Source: Desulfobacteraceae bacterium (GTDB lineage Bacteria; Desulfobacterota; DSM-4660; Desulfatiglandales; JALVMZ01). From it: DNA of 37,342 nt. The stretch is taken from contig JALVMZ010000269.1 in the NCBI GenBank assembly GCA_027032655.1, forward strand, positions 1-37,342, read 5' to 3'. The notes under the pieces are model-generated. The model saw only the letters and a list, made by a program, of their open reading frames with translations. It did not search any database and had not been told where the DNA came from. The stretch's first letter is position 1. Each line of letters starts with the position of its first letter. A program made the position numbers and the translations under genes. Below are positions 33,496 to 37,342 of the stretch, piece after piece.

Positions 33496-36246
33496 CTAAT
33501 ACTTCTGGAGGTTCTCGTAGTAGTTTTGAATTTTCCCCGGCATTTCATTCTTAAAGACATTGAGGTTCTCCGTGATACGTTTTTGAAGATCCTCATACCA
33601 CTCGGAAAAGTCAATCTTTGAGAAGTCTATCCTCTGGAATTCCTCAGGAGTAAAACCACGACAGTTTGGAGACTTAGGTTCACCCCAGTCTATACCAAGT
33701 TGCTGACGCCCCTGTTCCTGGATAATGCGTGCTAAAACGGAATGAAAACAACAGTATGTCTTTTTCTTTTGAATACAGAGCTTAAATACCTTAACAGCAC
33801 AGTAGCTTCCTACATAATGACACTGGCCATCAAGCTTCCCCCAGGAGCGTAACTTGGCAAGGATTTTCTCTCTTTCATTACATTGACCGAGACCAAACCA
33901 AGTTGTTGTTTTCTTACAACAGTTAGACCCTCCCGTCTGTAATCCCGGAGGTCTGCAACGATAATCGTTTCCATTAAAGATGTAAATAGTTCCATGACAT
34001 CCGTTTTCATCTACCTGACCGTCTGCTTGCTTATCGTTTGCGCCCTCCTGAGTATCATCATATTCAATAGCAGAACTCCATTGCTCACAAGGATTGGGAG
34101 AACAGTAGTTCTTTCCACCAACAGGTAAACAAGGATAGTCTCCAACCGGACAAGTTAAGTCGCCGACGTAGCAGCCGTTCGTCTCTGGAGTAAAGACTCC
34201 ATCCTTACAGATAGGAACAAGCTCACACTTCAGGACACTCCTGTTCCACGTATAGGTGTAAGTGTCTCCGGACGGACAGATGTGTTCTGCTTCGGAAACA
34301 CATTTATCAAGCTCTGCCGAATAACCTATTGTATCCTTGAGGGAGAATGCTGTATCAACAGGACACTTAACAGGAAGGTAGCATACCTTGTTAACACTAT
34401 CATAAGTATAGGTTCCACAGTTCCTTGAAACTGTAGCAACGCACTTACGTAAATCCTCGTTGTAAAGGCCGTAAGAACATACAGGGCTTGAATAACAAAC
34501 ATTCAGATTGCTGTCGTAAGTCCAGCCTCCACAGTCTTTGTTTGCTACAAGCTCGCACTTGTCTGTGTCAGGATTCAGAGTTCCAGAACTACAGATAGGC
34601 GTTGCTACACACAGATTGGCATTACTGTCATAGGTAGTTCCAGCAGGACAAACAGGAGTATAGTTAGTCCAGCAGACATCTGCATTCCCGTCAAAAGTCC
34701 CTCCAGATGGACAAGATGGATTGGCCACGCAAATTCCGTTAGAGAGAACAGAACCGGGAGGACAGCTGCCTACTTGGGAGCAGGTTCCAGTAGTTACACA
34801 GTTAGCCTGACAGGTTGAGAGGTCAGAATAGGATTGTCCGTTAAGAGAACAGGTGTAGCTAAATTTTGCACAAATATAAACAAACAAAGGATACCCAGAA
34901 GCCTGTGGTATTTCTGCACAAACAGAGCATTTGTTTACACTTTCAGAACAAGCGGGATAATCCCTAAAATTCGAACAATAGCCTGATAAGCTATCATCTA
35001 CAGTTACACCTAAATCATATGGAGGAACTGGAATCATCATTCCACACAAATATTGCTGAGTTTCACTACAACTCCCACTCACCTTACAGTTAGCTTGACA
35101 CGTAGTTAGACTTGAATAAGTCTGGCCGTTAGAGGAACACCTGTAGCTAATGTCTGCCTGCTTTTCACACCTGTTAGTGTTTCTGTTGTAGATAAAACCG
35201 CTTGGACAAACAGGATTTGCCTCACACCTGTTAGTTGAAGGATTGTATGTATATCCTGATGGACAGTCTTTAGTAAACGACTCCACACACTTGTTGTAAG
35301 TCGGGTTATACGTAGTCCCAGAAGGACAAGCAGGATCAGCTACACACTTATCACCAACCAGAGTGTAGCCAGCGGGACAGGTAAGAGTCACGGACTTTTC
35401 ACACCTGTTCCTTTCAGGAATAAATACTCCGTCTCCACAGTCAACGCTCTTAACGCAAATATCGTGAACGCTGTCGTAGGTATAACCTTCCGGGCACTCA
35501 TTTATAACTGTCTTCTCACACCTATCTCTGACAGTATTCAAAACTCCGCCGTCAGGACAGGTAGGAGTTAAAACGCACTTATCAATTGAGGAGTCCCAAG
35601 TATATCCGCTCGGACACTTAACAGTAACATCAGCCTGACACATGTGTCTTTGCGTGTTAAGAGTTCCTTCAGGACACAGAGGTTTCTCGTAAGTGGCCCC
35701 ACAAGCCACTTTGTCTATTGGACAGATGTATTTCCCGTTATCAGCTTTAATGCATTGCTGAATCTCGCCTGCACTATCAAAGAAATCATCACCATTCATA
35801 TCTTTTGCACAGTAGTAAGCTCCTTCTTCAGGAGTAAAGTTGAGATATGAGGTCTCTTCGGTAGAACTTGAATTTTCCTCATCTTCAGGAAAAATCGGAC
35901 ATGAAACAAAAGCTCTGAATTTTTGATTTTCGGGAAGGAAACTTCCGCCACATTCAACATACTTTTTCCCTGAAAGCTCAGTAATTGAACAAATCTGTTT
36001 TGAGTTAGCATCAACCACACTATTACCACAGATAAAGTAGTTAGCAGAATAAGTTAGGTTACCAATGTACTTAACTGCTTCTGAACAAGGAACAAGAATA
36101 CAATTCTCAGGAAGAGTAATGTTCCCTATCTCGGAAACTGAATAAAACTCATCTGTGAGACCATATTCTCTATCATTTTGAAAGAAGCTACCGGTTAATG
36201 CATAAGCAGAAGTAGTAAAAAGAAGCGCCAGTAAAACAGCCCTCAT
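33496..36246 (-). CDS. traN: F-type T4SS mating-pair stabilisation protein TraN, expanded (916 aa)
   Basis: Signal peptide MRAVLLALLFTTSAYA. The conserved TraN C-terminus is present: GGSNCCKK...GQCNEREKILA...GQCHYVGSYC...KKKTYCCFHSVLARIIQEQGRQQLGIDWG...NCRGFTPEEF..IDFSKIDFSEW. The middle is filled with Cys repeats. Confidence 0.85.
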   Translation of the reverse strand: MRAVLLALLFTTSAYALTGSFFQNDREYGLTDEFYSVSEIGNITLPENCILVPCSEAVKYIGNLTYSANYFICGNSVVDANSKQICSITELSGKKYVECGGSFLPENQKFRAFVSCPIFPEDEENSSSTEETSYLNFTPEEGAYYCAKDMNGDDFFDSAGEIQQCIKADNGKYICPIDKVACGATYEKPLCPEGTLNTQRHMCQADVTVKCPSGYTWDSSIDKCVLTPTCPDGGVLNTVRDRCEKTVINECPEGYTYDSVHDICVKSVDCGDGVFIPERNRCEKSVTLTCPAGYTLVGDKCVADPACPSGTTYNPTYNKCVESFTKDCPSGYTYNPSTNRCEANPVCPSGFIYNRNTNRCEKQADISYRCSSNGQTYSSLTTCQANCKVSGSCSETQQYLCGMMIPVPPYDLGVTVDDSLSGYCSNFRDYPACSESVNKCSVCAEIPQASGYPLFVYICAKFSYTCSLNGQSYSDLSTCQANCVTTGTCSQVGSCPPGSVLSNGICVANPSCPSGGTFDGNADVCWTNYTPVCPAGTTYDSNANLCVATPICSSGTLNPDTDKCELVANKDCGGWTYDSNLNVCYSSPVCSYGLYNEDLRKCVATVSRNCGTYTYDSVNKVCYLPVKCPVDTAFSLKDTIGYSAELDKCVSEAEHICPSGDTYTYTWNRSVLKCELVPICKDGVFTPETNGCYVGDLTCPVGDYPCLPVGGKNYCSPNPCEQWSSAIEYDDTQEGANDKQADGQVDENGCHGTIYIFNGNDYRCRPPGLQTGGSNCCKKTTTWFGLGQCNEREKILAKLRSWGKLDGQCHYVGSYCAVKVFKLCIQKKKTYCCFHSVLARIIQEQGRQQLGIDWGEPKSPNCRGFTPEEFQRIDFSKIDFSEWYEDLQKRITENLNVFKNEMPGKIQNYYENLQKY
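34087..35676 (-). repeat. about 20 tandem 18-20-aa Cys repeats (C-P-x-G-x-x-Y-[DN]-x3-5-C) in two blocks inside traN
   Basis: Examples are CPSGYTWDSSIDKC, CPEGYTYDSVHDIC, CPSGTTYNPTYNKC, CPSGYTYNPSTNRC, CPAGTTYDSNANLC, CGGWTYDSNLNVC and CGTYTYDSVNKVC. The two blocks are separated by duplicated modules CSSNGQTYSSLTTCQANCKVSGSC and CSLNGQSYSDLSTCQANCVTTGTC. Confidence 0.75.
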
Positions 36247-36255
36247 CCCATCCTC

Positions 36256-37342
36256 TTAAGGTGGAGAACTTGAACAAATAATGTCATGAGCCATGTTATT
36301 CATCGTCTCTACGACAGCAGCTGCTCTCCACGCCTCATCTGAAGTATCACAGTAACAGTCCTTAATCACCTTCTCCCCGGAACTTACAGGACACACGAGA
36401 TCCAAACTGCCGTCTCCACTTACTTGCTGTTTACAGGTCCTAAACTCATAGGTAGCTTTCTCTTCAGAACTGGTATCTACTCGGTTAGGCTCAGAGTCTT
36501 CTCCACTTTCATAACTATAGGTATCCCCTTGAGATTCCATCCTGACATCTCCTCTAAGAACACGAATCTGCCTACCTGTTATGGCAACCTTACAGACATA
36601 CACTCCCTCCGAATCGTTGACAGAACAGACTTTATAAGGTGCATTGGGAACGATTGCTGAGGCTTCCATCTGACACTCGGCCTTACATTCCTGCATGGAG
36701 GAATAGGCTTTGTTGTTTGCATAGCAAACCCATTTACCGTTAACCTCCGCACATCCTACCTGGCCAGAGAAACCAACTTTGTTTTCCTTTAGGTAGGAGT
36801 GCTCTTTGATATAGGTCCCCCTGTTAATAGCCTCATCTATGTTCAGTCCTTCTTCTTTGGGACAGGTATAGACACGCTTTATGTAAGTCCATCCCTTGGG
36901 AAACTCATAGCCTCCAAGCTTGTAAACCTGCCCGTCTGGAGAAACAGCAGTTATTTCTTCTCCGTTCATACAAACTTTCCACTTCAGGCCCATGTTAGAG
37001 GACCTAAAGTCGTAACAGATAGGTTTGTTATAGTAAGTAACAACGTGATAGTTTGAAACCGTTTTTATGCAGTAGTCCTCCTGAATACCAGAGTAATTCG
37101 ACACGGGAGGATAAAAACACACCCATTCCTCCTTTAGCTTGCAGTCTTCTGGAATAGCCTTGCAGCTGTCAGAATGGCTGACAGAAACATCCGGTATCTC
37201 TTTCACATAAGCCCGGAAGCTCCCTTTACCGGGACCGTTACACCCCCCGTTGTTCCAGATGGCAAAACTTACTTGAGCGCAACCGGAAGGTTGCTGTACA
37301 TTAAAATCCGAACAACTAAATGCGGCTGTTCCTGACACACTG
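36256..37342 (-). CDS. Cys-rich protein upstream of traN, partial (N-terminus outside the window)
   Basis: The frame is open to the right edge of the window, with more than 360 codons and many Cys. It is not recognisable as TraU, TraW or TrbC. It shares a NNKAYSSMQECKAECQ module with TraN. Confidence 0.6.
   Translation of the reverse strand, partial: SVSGTAAFSCSDFNVQQPSGCAQVSFAIWNNGGCNGPGKGSFRAYVKEIPDVSVSHSDSCKAIPEDCKLKEEWVCFYPPVSNYSGIQEDYCIKTVSNYHVVTYYNKPICYDFRSSNMGLKWKVCMNGEEITAVSPDGQVYKLGGYEFPKGWTYIKRVYTCPKEEGLNIDEAINRGTYIKEHSYLKENKVGFSGQVGCAEVNGKWVCYANNKAYSSMQECKAECQMEASAIVPNAPYKVCSVNDSEGVYVCKVAITGRQIRVLRGDVRMESQGDTYSYESGEDSEPNRVDTSSEEKATYEFRTCKQQVSGDGSLDLVCPVSSGEKVIKDCYCDTSDEAWRAAAVVETMNNMAHDIICSSSPP

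Noticed and set aside
1-37342. CRISPR arrays, tRNA, rRNA
   Set aside because: I found no regularly spaced direct repeats with unique spacers. I also found no tRNA-like T-arm/acceptor patterns or rRNA-like stretches in the intergenic gaps. The only periodic repeats are the 9-bp in-frame repeat at 1763-1804 and the protein-level Cys repeats in traN.
36256-37342. TraU or TrbC assignment for the gene upstream of traN
   Set aside because: No TraU-like or TrbC-like motifs are recognisable by eye. The sequence is Cys-rich with a TraN-like module instead, so I left it as unknown.

Overview
The window looks like part of a conjugative plasmid or ICE. A thermophilic host is only an inference, from K/E/I/Y-rich proteins and AGA/AGG arginine codons. 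F-type (MPF-F) type IV secretion genes form two arms. The plus-strand arm (2140-7939) carries a DsbC/TrbB-like protein, TraV, TraC, TrbI-like protein and an S26 peptidase. The minus-strand arm (30285-37342) carries a Cys-rich partial gene, TraN, TraF, TraH and a 221-aa unknown. About 22 kb of cargo lies between the arms. (i) A visibly A+T-richer island (about 7.9-17.4 kb) holds a Cas4-like nuclease / small protein / membrane S8 protease operon. It also holds a SIR2 protein convergent with a translationally coupled SLATT(DUF4231)-TIR(ThsB-like) pair, and a Xer-type tyrosine recombinase flanked by two unknown proteins. (ii) A small-gene regulatory block has an XRE repressor and a tandem winged-helix protein. 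(iii) A transposase-less TnpB (IS200/IS605 OrfB) element with omega-RNA-like 3' hairpins sits between two Sm/Hfq-like paralogues. (iv) A five-gene block of unknowns includes a lipoprotein. (v) A plasmid-type topoisomerase IA closes the cargo. The best candidate for a novel system is the Thoeris-like SIR2 + SLATT + TIR island. All three of its recognisable effector genes are interrupted as sequenced: two by -1 frameshifts lying on canonical slippery heptamers, and one by an in-frame TAG. I saw no rRNA, tRNA or CRISPR array. All family calls come from motifs read by eye and are unverified by any search.
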